NCBI GenBank assembly: GCA_963698465.1
Contig: CAVOQY010000013.1
Span: 486,687 to 550,686 of the forward strand
Length of the DNA: 64,000 bases
Direction of reading: 5' to 3'
Source: an uncultured delta proteobacterium
Lineage (GTDB): Bacteria > Desulfobacterota > Desulfobacteria > Desulfobacterales > UBA2156
The stretch's first letter is position 1. The number at the start of each line of letters is the position of its first letter. This document shows, piece after piece, positions 30,880-40,464 of this stretch. The notes under the pieces were generated by a model, which ran no database searches, was not told the origin of the DNA, and worked only from the letters and a program-made list of their open reading frames with translations. The position numbers and the translations under genes were made by a program.

Positions 30880-31889
30880 ATCCCAGCACCACGGTAAAAA
30901 TCTGCAAGGCTTTCAACCAGGCGGGCCATGAAATCGAAATCCAGGATTTCTAAAGTGTCCGTGGCACGGTGATAATGGGGGTTGCGGAAAAACGCCGAGT
31001 CGGTGACCATCACGGCCGGAAATCCCATGTCCCAAAACGAGGCATGATCGCTGAGCCGCACGGAAGGCATTATCCAGCCGTTAAAAGGAACCCAGAGAGA
31101 AACCACCGGGAGACGCCGGCTGCGGTGAAAGCTGCGTTCCAGTTGTTGTGCAAAATCACGGGAGCCGAAATTGCCGACAATGCCGATGAAATCCCCCGTC
31201 TTGGGATACCCGAAAAACCCCAACGGAAAGGGGTAACGCTGACATCCGGGTTCATGACAGGTGTATCCGACCATTTCCAGGCAGATCATGCCGTCGATGG
31301 CCGCCTTTTCCCTGCGGGCGGCGGCGGCGTGCACCCGGCTTCCCATGAAACGGGTTCCGAAAACCGGCGGTTCTTCAAGGGCAAAGCCGACGAAGGTCAC
31401 CGAAACCTCCGAAGGCTCCCTTTCCGCCAAAACCCTGGCCGTCTCCAGCATGACGGCCACCGCACTGGCGTTGTCGTCCGCGCCGACGGTGCCGGCCACC
31501 GAGTCATAATGAGCCCCCAGGAGGTAATGAACCTGCGGCTCCCCTCTTCCCTTCAGTTTTGCCACCACGTTGCTCACCGTGTGGCTGCCGTATGTATAGG
31601 GCTCCAAGTGTACAGGGATGCCGATCTCTTCAAAAAAGGACCTGAGGTAAATGGCTGTTTGTTTCAGGTTTTCAGGCAGGGCCACACTGCGTTCGCCGAT
31701 GGTCCGGGTCAAGGTGTGGACATGAGCCCTAAGGCGTTCCACGACAATGGGTAAAGGGTCGGTCATGGCCTCTCCATCCGCAGCCGATGCGGCCGCAATT
31801 CGATTCAGCGGGGCTGTCGCGGCAGCCGACAGCAAACCTGCCGAAACGACCGCGAAGACCCACATTCGGACCTTTGAAAAAAAAGGCAT
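30876..31889 (-). CDS. M28 family metallopeptidase
   Basis: LLGAHYDS, GADDNASAVA, FALEEPP, LEMVG, SDHASF, NPHYH; possible signal peptide. Confidence 0.85.
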   Translation of the reverse strand: MPFFSKVRMWVFAVVSAGLLSAAATAPLNRIAAASAADGEAMTDPLPIVVERLRAHVHTLTRTIGERSVALPENLKQTAIYLRSFFEEIGIPVHLEPYTYGSHTVSNVVAKLKGRGEPQVHYLLGAHYDSVAGTVGADDNASAVAVMLETARVLAEREPSEVSVTFVGFALEEPPVFGTRFMGSRVHAAAARREKAAIDGMICLEMVGYTCHEPGCQRYPFPLGFFGYPKTGDFIGIVGNFGSRDFAQQLERSFHRSRRLPVVSLWVPFNGWIMPSVRLSDHASFWDMGFPAVMVTDSAFFRNPHYHRATDTLEILDFDFMARLVESLADFYRGAGI

Positions 31890-31992
31890 CGTTCAAGACA
31901 GGGCGGGGTTACGGGACCATCGGGCGTCCGGTTTCCATCTTGAGATACAACTCCCGAGGCAAAAACGCCCTTTTCCCGGAAAGGATCGAAAA

Positions 31993-32649
31993 TCAAGACG
32001 GATGAACTTCGAAATAGGCCTCCTTGCCGCCGCCGAAGGCAACCATCGTATCCGATGCAAGGCGAAGGCCCTGCGCGATGTGCCGCGCCTCAATCCCGGG
32101 TACGGCATATCCGTAAAACAGGACGTCTTTCGTATCCTCCCCCACCCGGGTTTTTTCATCCGCACCCTGGCAGAGAATGCAGACAATCTCTTTTTCATCC
32201 CTGAGGACGATCTCCCCCTGCCGGGTCTTCAGGTCTTGTCCGCCCATGCCCCTGCAGGGTTCACCCTCCCGGACGATGTCGAGGGTCAATGCGCCGTCAA
32301 AGCGGTTGAAGTCCGTCACGGCCACCAGGATACCGGCGCACATCTCGGCCATGAAATGGGCGTCCACCATGAGGTCGTACCGGGGAAATCCGCTTTGGAC
32401 GGTCCTTTTCAGGTGCTTGGGAAGGGGGCAGTCGAAACCGAAGCAGTGGAAAAACCGATCATAGGTTTCAATCCTTTGGGTGATCGCCTCCAAGGTCTCT
32501 CGTCTTCTCATCTGTCTGAGGTGCTTTCTTTTATACAGGTCAAAGCCTTCGGGATTGGCGGGATTCAGGCATCCGGTGATCAGGGTGAGGCCGAAAGATA
32601 CACCCGGAAACCTTTTTCGGTAAGCGGGGGTAATGGAAAAATGCACCAT
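31993..32649 (-). CDS. stand-alone B3/4 domain (PheRS beta editing-like) protein
   Basis: D..FDGALTL...GE...G, GEIVLRDEKEI, ADEKTRVGEDTKDVLF...VPG pattern. Confidence 0.65.
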   Translation of the reverse strand: MVHFSITPAYRKRFPGVSFGLTLITGCLNPANPEGFDLYKRKHLRQMRRRETLEAITQRIETYDRFFHCFGFDCPLPKHLKRTVQSGFPRYDLMVDAHFMAEMCAGILVAVTDFNRFDGALTLDIVREGEPCRGMGGQDLKTRQGEIVLRDEKEIVCILCQGADEKTRVGEDTKDVLFYGYAVPGIEARHIAQGLRLASDTMVAFGGGKEAYFEVHPS

Positions 32650-32782
32650 CTGTTCTTCCTCTTTGCGGTTTTTCCCAGCGTTGATGCTATACCCGTTTTT
32701 GCGTCACTGTGCAATTCCGGCCGCCTTCAGCCGGCAGAAGCGTTGCAGCGGCAAACTGCCGGCAGCCAGACCCCCAGGTTGC

Positions 32783-32863
32783 GCTGTGATCCCTTTTTTG
32801 ATCATCCAGATCGCCGTCTTACTTCACATGGCCTGCCTGACGGATGTGGTGCTGTGGCTGTCC
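32783..32863 (+). pseudogene. decayed duplicate of the dctM 3' end
   Basis: Ungapped match to 30748-30828 at 69/81 nt; encodes AVIPFLIIQIAVLLHMACLTDVVLWLS. Confidence 0.85.
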
Positions 32864-32962
32864 GAATATTTTCGCATTCACCGGACGGTGCCTCCTGGTC
32901 TATAAATTGCGCGCCGGCGGGTTTTTTGATAGATACCGCAAAAATCATGGATTGGACCTTTC

Positions 32963-33775
32963 ATGCAGACTGAAACGACCCCTAAATGGCGCCATCGACT
33001 TCATGACATCATCTTCGAGGCCGATACCCCTGCGGGGAAGGCCTTCGACGTGGCCCTGATCCTTTGTATCATCTTCAGCGTGGCCGTGGTGATGCTGGAC
33101 AGCATTTCGGCCGTCAGGTTCCGGTATGGAAGCGTGCTGCTCGCCCTGGAATGGCTGTTTACGATCCTTTTCAGCATCGAATACGTTTTAAGGCTCCTGA
33201 CCGTTTACAGGCCCCTCAGTTACGCGGTCAGCTTTTTCGGCGTCATCGACCTCCTGGCGGTGCTCCCCACCTATCTCAGCCTTTTTTTCCCGGGAAGCCA
33301 GGTCCTGATCGTCATTCGTCTGCTCCGGGTGCTGCGGATATTCCGGGTATTGAAGCTCGCCCATTACCTGGGGGAATCCATGCAGCTGATGCGGGCCCTG
33401 AAAGCCAGCCGGCGGAAGATTACCGTATTTCTATTTTTCCTCCTGACCATCGTCTCCATCATGGGGTCGGTCATGTACCTCGTGGAAGGTCCGGAGAGGG
33501 GGTACACCAGCATTCCGATAAGTATTTACTGGGCCATCGTGACCCTCACCACCGTGGGGTACGGGGACATCTCTCCCCAGACGCCCCTGGGTCAGGCTGT
33601 TGCCTCAGTCATCATGATCCTGGGGTATGCCATCATTGCGGTTCCCACCGGCATCGTCACCACGGAGATGACCAAGATTTCCCGAAGCGTCGACAACCGT
33701 GCTTGTCCCGCCTGCAGCGCCGAGGGGCACGACAACAGCGCCAAGCACTGCAAGTTCTGCGGGGCCGAGCTCTGA
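32963..33775 (+). CDS. voltage-gated potassium channel (6TM, KvAP-like) with C-terminal Cys4 motif
   Basis: S4 IRLLRVLRIFRVLK, filter TTVGYGD, CPAC...CKFC. Confidence 0.92.
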   Translation: MQTETTPKWRHRLHDIIFEADTPAGKAFDVALILCIIFSVAVVMLDSISAVRFRYGSVLLALEWLFTILFSIEYVLRLLTVYRPLSYAVSFFGVIDLLAVLPTYLSLFFPGSQVLIVIRLLRVLRIFRVLKLAHYLGESMQLMRALKASRRKITVFLFFLLTIVSIMGSVMYLVEGPERGYTSIPISIYWAIVTLTTVGYGDISPQTPLGQAVASVIMILGYAIIAVPTGIVTTEMTKISRSVDNRACPACSAEGHDNSAKHCKFCGAEL

Positions 33776-33803
33776 AACGCTTTGCGAGAAGCGGAGAAAC
33801 TTC

Positions 33804-35054
33804 ATGACTTTGGAAAAAGCCCTTGTTCTGACGGTTTTCGTCGCCTGTTACGGACTGGCGCTCAGCCGGAAGATCAAAATCGCCTATGCCTCCCTGGGAG
33901 GGGCCGCCATCCTGCTGCTCACCGGGGTGCTGCACCCGTCCGACGCCCTTTTCAAGGCCGTCAAGTGGGATGTGCTGGGCATCTACTGGGGCTTCATGAT
34001 GGTCTCCTTCCTCTTCATGAAAAGCCGCATGCCCGAGCTCATCGCCAACCGGATCCTGATGCGGGTGAAGCAGGAGAGATACGCTGTCTTCGCCCTTTGT
34101 GCCCTGACCGCTTTTTTATCGGCCTTCATGGAGAACGTTGGGGTGGTGCTCATGATGGCCCCCGTGGCCATCGCTGTCAGCCGGCGAATGGGGTCCGATC
34201 TTTTTCACTACATGATAGCCATTGCCATCAGTTCCAACGTGGTCACCACCCTGACCATGGTGGCCGATCCGCCTTCCATCATCCTGGCCATGGAAACCGG
34301 CATGAAGCCGCTCGATTTCTATTTCTTTCAGAGCCGCCCCGGACTGGGAACCCTCACCTTTATCGGGGTGCTGACGGCACTGGCCGTTCTGCTGTTCCAG
34401 TTCCGGCGCAGGATTAAAAAGGTCGAGGTCCAACACGAGCCCATTCCCGTAACCCATGGGGCGTCGGTGCTCTTTGTGCTGGGCGTCGCCGCCCTGGTCA
34501 TCGGGCCTGAATACGGCCTGCGCCCGGGGCTGGTGGGGCTCGGCGTCGGGGTGGTTTCGCTCTTCATGGGACGGGCCGATCTCAGGGAAATGGTGATGGA
34601 TTTTGACTGGAATTCCCTGCTCTTCATCCTGGGCGTCTTCGTGGTGATCTATGCCCTCAACGACTCGGGCCTGCTGAAGGATTTCGCCGACCTCGTGGTG
34701 GCCGCCGGCATCGACAGACCCGCTTTCCTGCTGGCCTTTCTAACCTGGATCTCGGTAGGGCTTTCTTCCTTCATGGACAACGTCCCTTACACCATCCTGA
34801 TGATCCCCGTGTGCCAGAACCTGGCGGCTTCCCTCGGCATGGACGCCTGGCCCTTGCTGTACGGCATGCTCATCGGTACGGGTATCGGGGGGAATGTGAC
34901 GCCCGTCGGCGCCACCGCCAACGTCTTCGCCTGCGGGATCCTCGAAAAGCACGGGCACAAGGTCCGGCTCGGACCCTACCTGAAGCTCAGCGTCCCCTTT
35001 TCGGTTGCGGCCGTGGCAGTTGCTCATCTTCTCCTTCAGCTTTTCTGGATGTGA
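33804..35054 (+). CDS. second ArsB/NhaD/SLC13-type permease
   Basis: SAFMENV, ADPPSIIL, DNVPYT, GGNVTPVGATAN. Confidence 0.85.
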   Translation: MTLEKALVLTVFVACYGLALSRKIKIAYASLGGAAILLLTGVLHPSDALFKAVKWDVLGIYWGFMMVSFLFMKSRMPELIANRILMRVKQERYAVFALCALTAFLSAFMENVGVVLMMAPVAIAVSRRMGSDLFHYMIAIAISSNVVTTLTMVADPPSIILAMETGMKPLDFYFFQSRPGLGTLTFIGVLTALAVLLFQFRRRIKKVEVQHEPIPVTHGASVLFVLGVAALVIGPEYGLRPGLVGLGVGVVSLFMGRADLREMVMDFDWNSLLFILGVFVVIYALNDSGLLKDFADLVVAAGIDRPAFLLAFLTWISVGLSSFMDNVPYTILMIPVCQNLAASLGMDAWPLLYGMLIGTGIGGNVTPVGATANVFACGILEKHGHKVRLGPYLKLSVPFSVAAVAVAHLLLQLFWM

Positions 35055-35173
35055 GCCCGCCGCTACCGGCACTGATCCCGGTGCTGGCGTTAAGGATCCT
35101 GATCCAAAGCAGGGAGCCTTCCCGCTTCCGGTCGAGGAAGCGAAATGAGGGGCCCGGCAAAAAGCCCGGAAGT

Positions 35174-35737
35174 CTACTTTCCGAGCATTCCCGCCTTGAG
35201 GCCTGAGTCCGCGGGCTTTTCCCCCAACCAGATGCCGAAGAGCGCCTTTTTGAAATCGAGGCCCGGAACGGTCCCTGTGCTCTTTTCGTTGATATACAGG
35301 GTGACGCCTGCTTCCGGCAGGTAGACCAGGTCGTACCGGTCCCCTTTTCGGGCTTTCTCCTTGAAAAGGGCATTGAAGGCCGAGATCCGGTCCTGGAGGG
35401 GCGCCGTCTGACCGCCGGTGGCAGCGGAAAATCCCTCGTTCCAGGTTTCCACCAGCTGCTCGGAGGTCACCCCGTCATAGATGAAATGCATCCGGATGGC
35501 CATGGGCTGGTCTTTCTGGATGACGGCCGCCGGATCGCTCTGCTTTTCCTTGAGGTAGAGGCCTGCCGCATAGACTTTGATGAACAGTTTCTTGCGCAGC
35601 CCGGTGCCGTTCAAAACCAGCTGGGTCTCTCCGGCGGACAGGGTGTCGGGGAGGCTGACACCGCCCACTTCCCCACCTTCCGCAGGACCAGCAACCAGCA
35701 TCAAAACCGCCAGTATGACCTGAACCAAGATCCGCAT
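35174..35737 (-). CDS. chalcone isomerase-like family exported protein
   Basis: Signal peptide, LVLNGTGLRKKLFIKVYAAGLYL, FKKALFGIWLGEKP. Confidence 0.85.
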   Translation of the reverse strand: MRILVQVILAVLMLVAGPAEGGEVGGVSLPDTLSAGETQLVLNGTGLRKKLFIKVYAAGLYLKEKQSDPAAVIQKDQPMAIRMHFIYDGVTSEQLVETWNEGFSAATGGQTAPLQDRISAFNALFKEKARKGDRYDLVYLPEAGVTLYINEKSTGTVPGLDFKKALFGIWLGEKPADSGLKAGMLGK

Positions 35738-35774
35738 GTCGCCTCCTTTGTTGCTTTTGTGTCCTTTGGGTTTC

Positions 35775-36695
35775 TCAAGTCTTTAGGGATCCGATGACTT
35801 CTCTGATGCTTTTTATCCCCTTCTGCGCCATGAAGGCCTCGATGCCCTCCAGGATGTCGAGGGTGGCCCGCGGGTTGATGAAATTGGCGGTCCCGATCTG
35901 GACCGCACTGGCGCCGACCACCAGAAATTCAAGGGCGTCCTGGGCCGTCATGATGCCGCCGATTCCCACCACCGGTACCGACACGCTCTTCACCGTCTGC
36001 CACACCATTCGCAAGGCAATGGGCCTGATGGCAGGTCCGGAAAGGCCCCCGGTGATATTGGCCAGCTTCGGGCGCCTGGCTTCGACGTCCACCGCCATTC
36101 CCGTGACGGTGTTGATGAGGGAGACCGCGTCGGCACCGGCGTCTTCCACGCTCCGTGCGATCTCGGTGATATCGGTGACGTTGGGAGAAAGCTTGGCGAT
36201 GAGCGGTTTTTGGGTGGCCTTTCGGACCGCCGTGACGACTTCATGGGCGCTTTTAGGGTGAACCCCGAAAGCCACCCCTCCTTTTTTGATGTTGGGGCAG
36301 GAGATGTTGACCTCCACGCCGTCGATCCCCGTCTGGCCGTCGACGACGCCGGCGATTTCGGCGTATTCCTCGACGGTGTGACCGTAGATATTGACGATGA
36401 CCGGAACCCCGACGGCGGCAAGATACGGAAGTTTTTCCCGGATGAAGGCCTGGATGCCGACATTTTCCAGGCCGATGGCATTGAGCATGCCGCCGGGTGT
36501 TTCCACGATCCGGGGGGGCGGGTTGCCTTTGGCGGGATGGAGGTGCAGCCCCTTCACGACCACGGCCCCCAGCCGACTCAAGTCCACCATATCGGCGTAT
36601 TCCCGGCCGTATCCGAAAGTCCCTGAAGCCGTCATCACGGGGTTTTTCAGGGCAATTCCCCCAATTGTCACGCCGAGATCTGGCATTTTTTCCAT
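35775..36695 (-). CDS. pyrD: dihydroorotate dehydrogenase, class 1B catalytic subunit
   Basis: ASGTFGYG, NAIGLEN, EVNISCPN, KLSPNVTDI, GGLSGPAI. Confidence 0.95.
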   Translation of the reverse strand: MEKMPDLGVTIGGIALKNPVMTASGTFGYGREYADMVDLSRLGAVVVKGLHLHPAKGNPPPRIVETPGGMLNAIGLENVGIQAFIREKLPYLAAVGVPVIVNIYGHTVEEYAEIAGVVDGQTGIDGVEVNISCPNIKKGGVAFGVHPKSAHEVVTAVRKATQKPLIAKLSPNVTDITEIARSVEDAGADAVSLINTVTGMAVDVEARRPKLANITGGLSGPAIRPIALRMVWQTVKSVSVPVVGIGGIMTAQDALEFLVVGASAVQIGTANFINPRATLDILEGIEAFMAQKGIKSIREVIGSLKT

Positions 36696-36840
36696 GATCT
36701 CCTTTTATCCGCATCGGGCCTTTCAGATCAAGGGGATTTCCTTGAAACCGCTCTTCTTTTTTGGCCTTGACTCGGCCGATTTTGTCGTTCAGGATCGGAA
36801 TCTCGTAAAACCATCCACACCAAAGGGAGCAACCCGCACC

Positions 36841-37713
36841 ATGAAGACCGTTCTCGGCATCATCGGTTCACCCAGGAAACTCGGCAACAGCGAAATCGCC
36901 GTCAAAGCCGTCAGCCGGTTTATCCCGGAATCTCACGAACTCAAGATTTTACGCATTTCAGATTTCGACCTCCGTCCCTGCAGAGGCTGCTACACCTGCC
37001 TTTTCAAGGAAGGGAAGTGCGTCATCGGAGACGACCTCTCCCGGATCTGGGAAGCCCTTTTCCAAGCCGACGCGCTGGTGGTCGCGGCACCCACGTATTT
37101 TCTGGGTCCGAACGCTTCCTTGAAACTCCTTTTGGACCGGGGGCTTTCCCTCCTTCCCAACGTCGAAAAACTGTGGGGAAAACCCGCCGTGGGCATCGGC
37201 ATCGCCGGGATCCCGGAAAAGGAGGGGTACACCCTTTTGGGAATCCAGAGTTTTTTAAAGCTTTTCATGACCGACATCAAAGGCTGCGAAATCCTTTACG
37301 GCGCCCTGCCCGGCGAAATTTTTTTCAACAGCACCAACGAAAAAATCCTGTCGAACCTTGCGGCCAGTCTTTTCGGCGATCCTTTTGCTCCCAAAAAACC
37401 GGCCTGCCCGGTGTGCGGCGGAGATACGTTTCGTTTCCTGGAAGGCGGGCGTATCCGATGCATGCTCTGCAGCAACCCGGGGACCTTCCGGGCCCAGGGG
37501 GACACCGTTGTTTTCGACATCCCGCCCAGCAGCCATGAGATGTTTCTTTCCAAGGAATCGGCCGTTCGACATCGGGAATGGCTCAAAGGGATGAAGGCCC
37601 GGTTCCTGGAAAAAAAAGATCAGCTGAAAAAAATCGGCGTGGACTTTTTAAAAGACGGGTCGTGGGTCCGGCCCCCCTCGGACGCGGACACTTCCGGAGG
37701 GAGCGGGTCGTGA
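36841..37713 (+). CDS. flavodoxin-like / iron-sulfur flavoprotein with C-terminal Zn-ribbon
   Basis: IGSPRKLGNS, CRGCYTC...C, APTYF, CPVC...CMLC. Confidence 0.8.
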   Translation: MKTVLGIIGSPRKLGNSEIAVKAVSRFIPESHELKILRISDFDLRPCRGCYTCLFKEGKCVIGDDLSRIWEALFQADALVVAAPTYFLGPNASLKLLLDRGLSLLPNVEKLWGKPAVGIGIAGIPEKEGYTLLGIQSFLKLFMTDIKGCEILYGALPGEIFFNSTNEKILSNLAASLFGDPFAPKKPACPVCGGDTFRFLEGGRIRCMLCSNPGTFRAQGDTVVFDIPPSSHEMFLSKESAVRHREWLKGMKARFLEKKDQLKKIGVDFLKDGSWVRPPSDADTSGGSGS

Positions 37714-37931
37714 AGGACACCATCAAAAGCCTGAGAAAAAAGCTCGAAGCGCTCAAAGAACAGATCAAGGAAACGGAAGCGCGCCTTCCGGCACACTCCG
37801 TCAAACCTCCCATCATGCACGAGCTTTTCGCACTTGAAGACGAGCGGGACCGCGTCCTCGAACTGCTCCGCGATCACCCCGGTCAAGCGCCGCCTTCTAT
37901 CCGAAAAACCGAAAAGAAGTTACCGGAATGA
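37710..37931 (+). CDS. small coiled-coil hypothetical protein
   Basis: GTG overlaps the upstream stop (GTGA), GGAGG SD, heptad-rich sequence. Confidence 0.55.
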   Translation: MKDTIKSLRKKLEALKEQIKETEARLPAHSVKPPIMHELFALEDERDRVLELLRDHPGQAPPSIRKTEKKLPE

Positions 37932-38010
37932 CCGCCTGGACAGGCGAAAGGTCTGGTTTTGCACGGCTTGGGATCGAGGCCGGCGGATCCCTTTCTCCTT
38001 TCTTGAGATA

Positions 38011-38039
38011 TTGACTTTTCGTCCGGGATTCGTTACGAA
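38011..38039 (+). promoter_or_regulatory. sigma70-like promoter TTGACT-N17-TACGAA
   Basis: Direct reading, upstream of the response regulator. Confidence 0.45.
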
Positions 38040-38145
38040 GGCAGCAGTCTCAGTCTGCTTCGGTCGGCACCCATTTTATACTTGGGCCAAGGATTCCCGG
38101 GCCTGCCGGGTAGTCTGTTTTACGGTTTCGACAAAGGAGGTCTTA

Positions 38146-38667
38146 ATGGAAGCAGCGCTCGCCCTGAAGGGCAAAAGGATCCTGGTGGTCGATGACGAAC
38201 CGGATATTCTGGAGACCCTCACCGACCTTCTGGACATGTGCCTCGTCGAAACCGCAATGGACTTCAAAACAGGGGAAAAGTCCATGCGCAGGGGAACCTA
38301 CGACGCCGTTATCTTGGACATCATGGGCGTGGACGGGTACCGCCTCCTCAAAATCGCCAATGAAATGAACATCCCCGCCGTCATGCTCACCGCCCATGCA
38401 TTGAGCCCCGACTCCCTGGTGAAATCCATCAGGGAGGGCGCCTACGCCTACCTGCCCAAGGATAAGATGATCGACATCGCCGACTACCTGGCCGACCTGT
38501 TTGTCGCCCGCCAGAAAGGGAAAAAGACAGGCGCCTGGTTCGCCCGTCTCAAACCCCTGTTCGATGACAAATTTGGCCCGGGCTGGAGAGAAAAGGACAG
38601 GGCGTTCTGGAAGGATTTCGAGCAGAAAGCGGTTCCCTCCAAGGAAGAACTCAAGCAGATGCTGTAA
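38146..38667 (+). CDS. orphan response regulator (receiver domain plus C-terminal helical extension)
   Basis: ILVVDDE, LDIMG, MLTAHA, YLPK; AAGGAGG SD. Confidence 0.88.
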   Translation: MEAALALKGKRILVVDDEPDILETLTDLLDMCLVETAMDFKTGEKSMRRGTYDAVILDIMGVDGYRLLKIANEMNIPAVMLTAHALSPDSLVKSIREGAYAYLPKDKMIDIADYLADLFVARQKGKKTGAWFARLKPLFDDKFGPGWREKDRAFWKDFEQKAVPSKEELKQML

Positions 38668-38693
38668 TTTTCTCTTGAACGCCTCGACGGCTT

Positions 38694-39524
38694 TTAGATC
38701 CGCAGGACATACCCCACCTGGTTGAGGCGGACCCGATCCTTGAAGGCCCCGTAAAGGGCCAGGATGGCGGGAAACCCCGTGCAGTGACCCGGCACGAGCA
38801 GCTCAGGGGAAAAACGGCCGAGGGCTTCGAGAGTCCGCTTCAAAACCGCTTCCGATACACCCCCCAGATGAAGCCCCCCCGCCAGAGCAAGAAGTCTCCT
38901 CTTCCCGCTGATGCTTTGGACCTGCGTCAGGATGTTGATCACCCCCCGGTGCGCGCAGCCCAACAACACGGCAACACCGTTTGGGGCGTTAAGGATCAGG
39001 GACAGGTCGTCTTTCACGGGATCGGGCACGAGAGTCTCTCCCTGCCGGGTGAAAAGGGCGGGGTCGACGACTTCAAAATCGGTGACGCCGGGAATCTCTC
39101 CCGAGGTCGTGACGCCCGGGACGATCTCAAGGGGGCCGGGCTCCAGGACCATCCGGATGCCTTTCGCTTCGAGGGCCTGCCGGGAAATGGGAGGCCCGAT
39201 GGAACGCACCTGCCCGTTTCTTTTCGAAAACTTTTCGTCAAAGGCGCCCGGATGCGCATAAAGGGTGAATTCCCGGTTAACCTCCAGCAGGGCATTGAGG
39301 CCTCCGGAGTGGTCATAATGACCATGACTGAGGACCACAGCCTCCACCGAGGACAGATCGACTCCCAGTGCCTCGGCGTTTTGCACCAGGGCAAACCCCT
39401 GACCCGTATCGAACACGACTCTTCTTCCGCCGGCCTCGATGAAAAAAGACAAACCGTGCTCGGCGATCACTCCTCTTGCCTTGGGTACGCTGTTTTCCAC
39501 GAGGGTCGTTAGGGTAAAGGCCAC
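38694..39524 (-). CDS. MBL-fold metallo-hydrolase
   Basis: EHGLS, FDTG, LSHGHYDHSGG, GCAHRG, GGLH, HCTG. Confidence 0.9.
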   Translation of the reverse strand: MAFTLTTLVENSVPKARGVIAEHGLSFFIEAGGRRVVFDTGQGFALVQNAEALGVDLSSVEAVVLSHGHYDHSGGLNALLEVNREFTLYAHPGAFDEKFSKRNGQVRSIGPPISRQALEAKGIRMVLEPGPLEIVPGVTTSGEIPGVTDFEVVDPALFTRQGETLVPDPVKDDLSLILNAPNGVAVLLGCAHRGVINILTQVQSISGKRRLLALAGGLHLGGVSEAVLKRTLEALGRFSPELLVPGHCTGFPAILALYGAFKDRVRLNQVGYVLRI

Positions 39525-39533
39525 CGTCCTCTC

Positions 39534-40376
39534 CTAACCCAGGGCTGCCATTTTTTCCGCGATCCCCGCAAAAGCCAGGGACACCTCGGAGCTTCCGTGG
39601 CGCTCCTGGTAGGAAATGCCGGAATCTCCGCAGACGACCATGCCGGGGTCAAAAGGAATTTTGCCCAGAAGCGTCAAACCCATGTCGCAGGCCACCCGTT
39701 CTCCACCCCCCGAGCCGAAAAGGGGAACCGGTTCTCCGCAGTGGGGGCAGCTGAAGGCGCTCATGTTTTCGACGATCCCGAAAATTTCCATCTTTACGGT
39801 CCTGCAGAAATGGATGGATTTGCGCACATCCGCCAGGGCGATTTCCTGGGGGGTGGTGACGATGATGGCTCTGGCGTCCGGAACGAGCTGGGCGACGGTG
39901 AGAGGCTCGTCTCCGGTTCCCGGGGGGGAATCGATGATCAGGAAGTCGAGGGGACCCCAATCCACCTCGCTGATGAACTGCTGGATGGCCGAATGCTTCA
40001 AAGGACCCCTCCAGATGATGGCATCGTCTCTGTTGCGGATGAAGGATTCCACGGACACGGCCCTGAGGTGGCTGTTGTAGTTTTTAGGGATGAGCTTCCG
40101 GTCGGCGCTGACGCCCAGTTCCCCCTTGAGCCCCAGCATCCTCAGCACGTCGGGTCCATGCAGGTCCACATCGATGAGACCCACCTGGAGCCCCTTCTTG
40201 GAGAGCGCCACGGCGAGGTTCACCGAAACGGACGTTTTTCCGACGCCGCCTTTCCCGCTCATGACAATAAATTTTTTCCTGATCACGGCCAGGGCCGACT
40301 TCAGGTTGGCTTCCTGCCGTTGCCGTTGAGCCTTCCGCTCGTCCGCTTCCGGCATTTTCTGCATGATGGTCATCAT
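39534..40376 (-). CDS. Mrp/NBP35 (ApbC) Fe-S cluster carrier ATPase
   Basis: SGKGGVGKT, IWRGP, DSPPGTGDE, VTTPQ, ENMS..CPHC. Confidence 0.92.
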   Translation of the reverse strand: MMTIMQKMPEADERKAQRQRQEANLKSALAVIRKKFIVMSGKGGVGKTSVSVNLAVALSKKGLQVGLIDVDLHGPDVLRMLGLKGELGVSADRKLIPKNYNSHLRAVSVESFIRNRDDAIIWRGPLKHSAIQQFISEVDWGPLDFLIIDSPPGTGDEPLTVAQLVPDARAIIVTTPQEIALADVRKSIHFCRTVKMEIFGIVENMSAFSCPHCGEPVPLFGSGGGERVACDMGLTLLGKIPFDPGMVVCGDSGISYQERHGSSEVSLAFAGIAEKMAALG

Positions 40377-40464
40377 GTTCCCTTTCCTTGTGTCGGTTCC
40401 TTTACACTTCAAGGGCTCCCCTGTCCCCTGACCCGATCCTCCTGTTCCGGCTGAAAAGCCGCTT

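Noticed and set aside
35060-35175. Run of small hairpins between convergent genes
   Set aside because: Consistent with ordinary bidirectional termination in GC-rich DNA; no repeat or RNA motif recognised.
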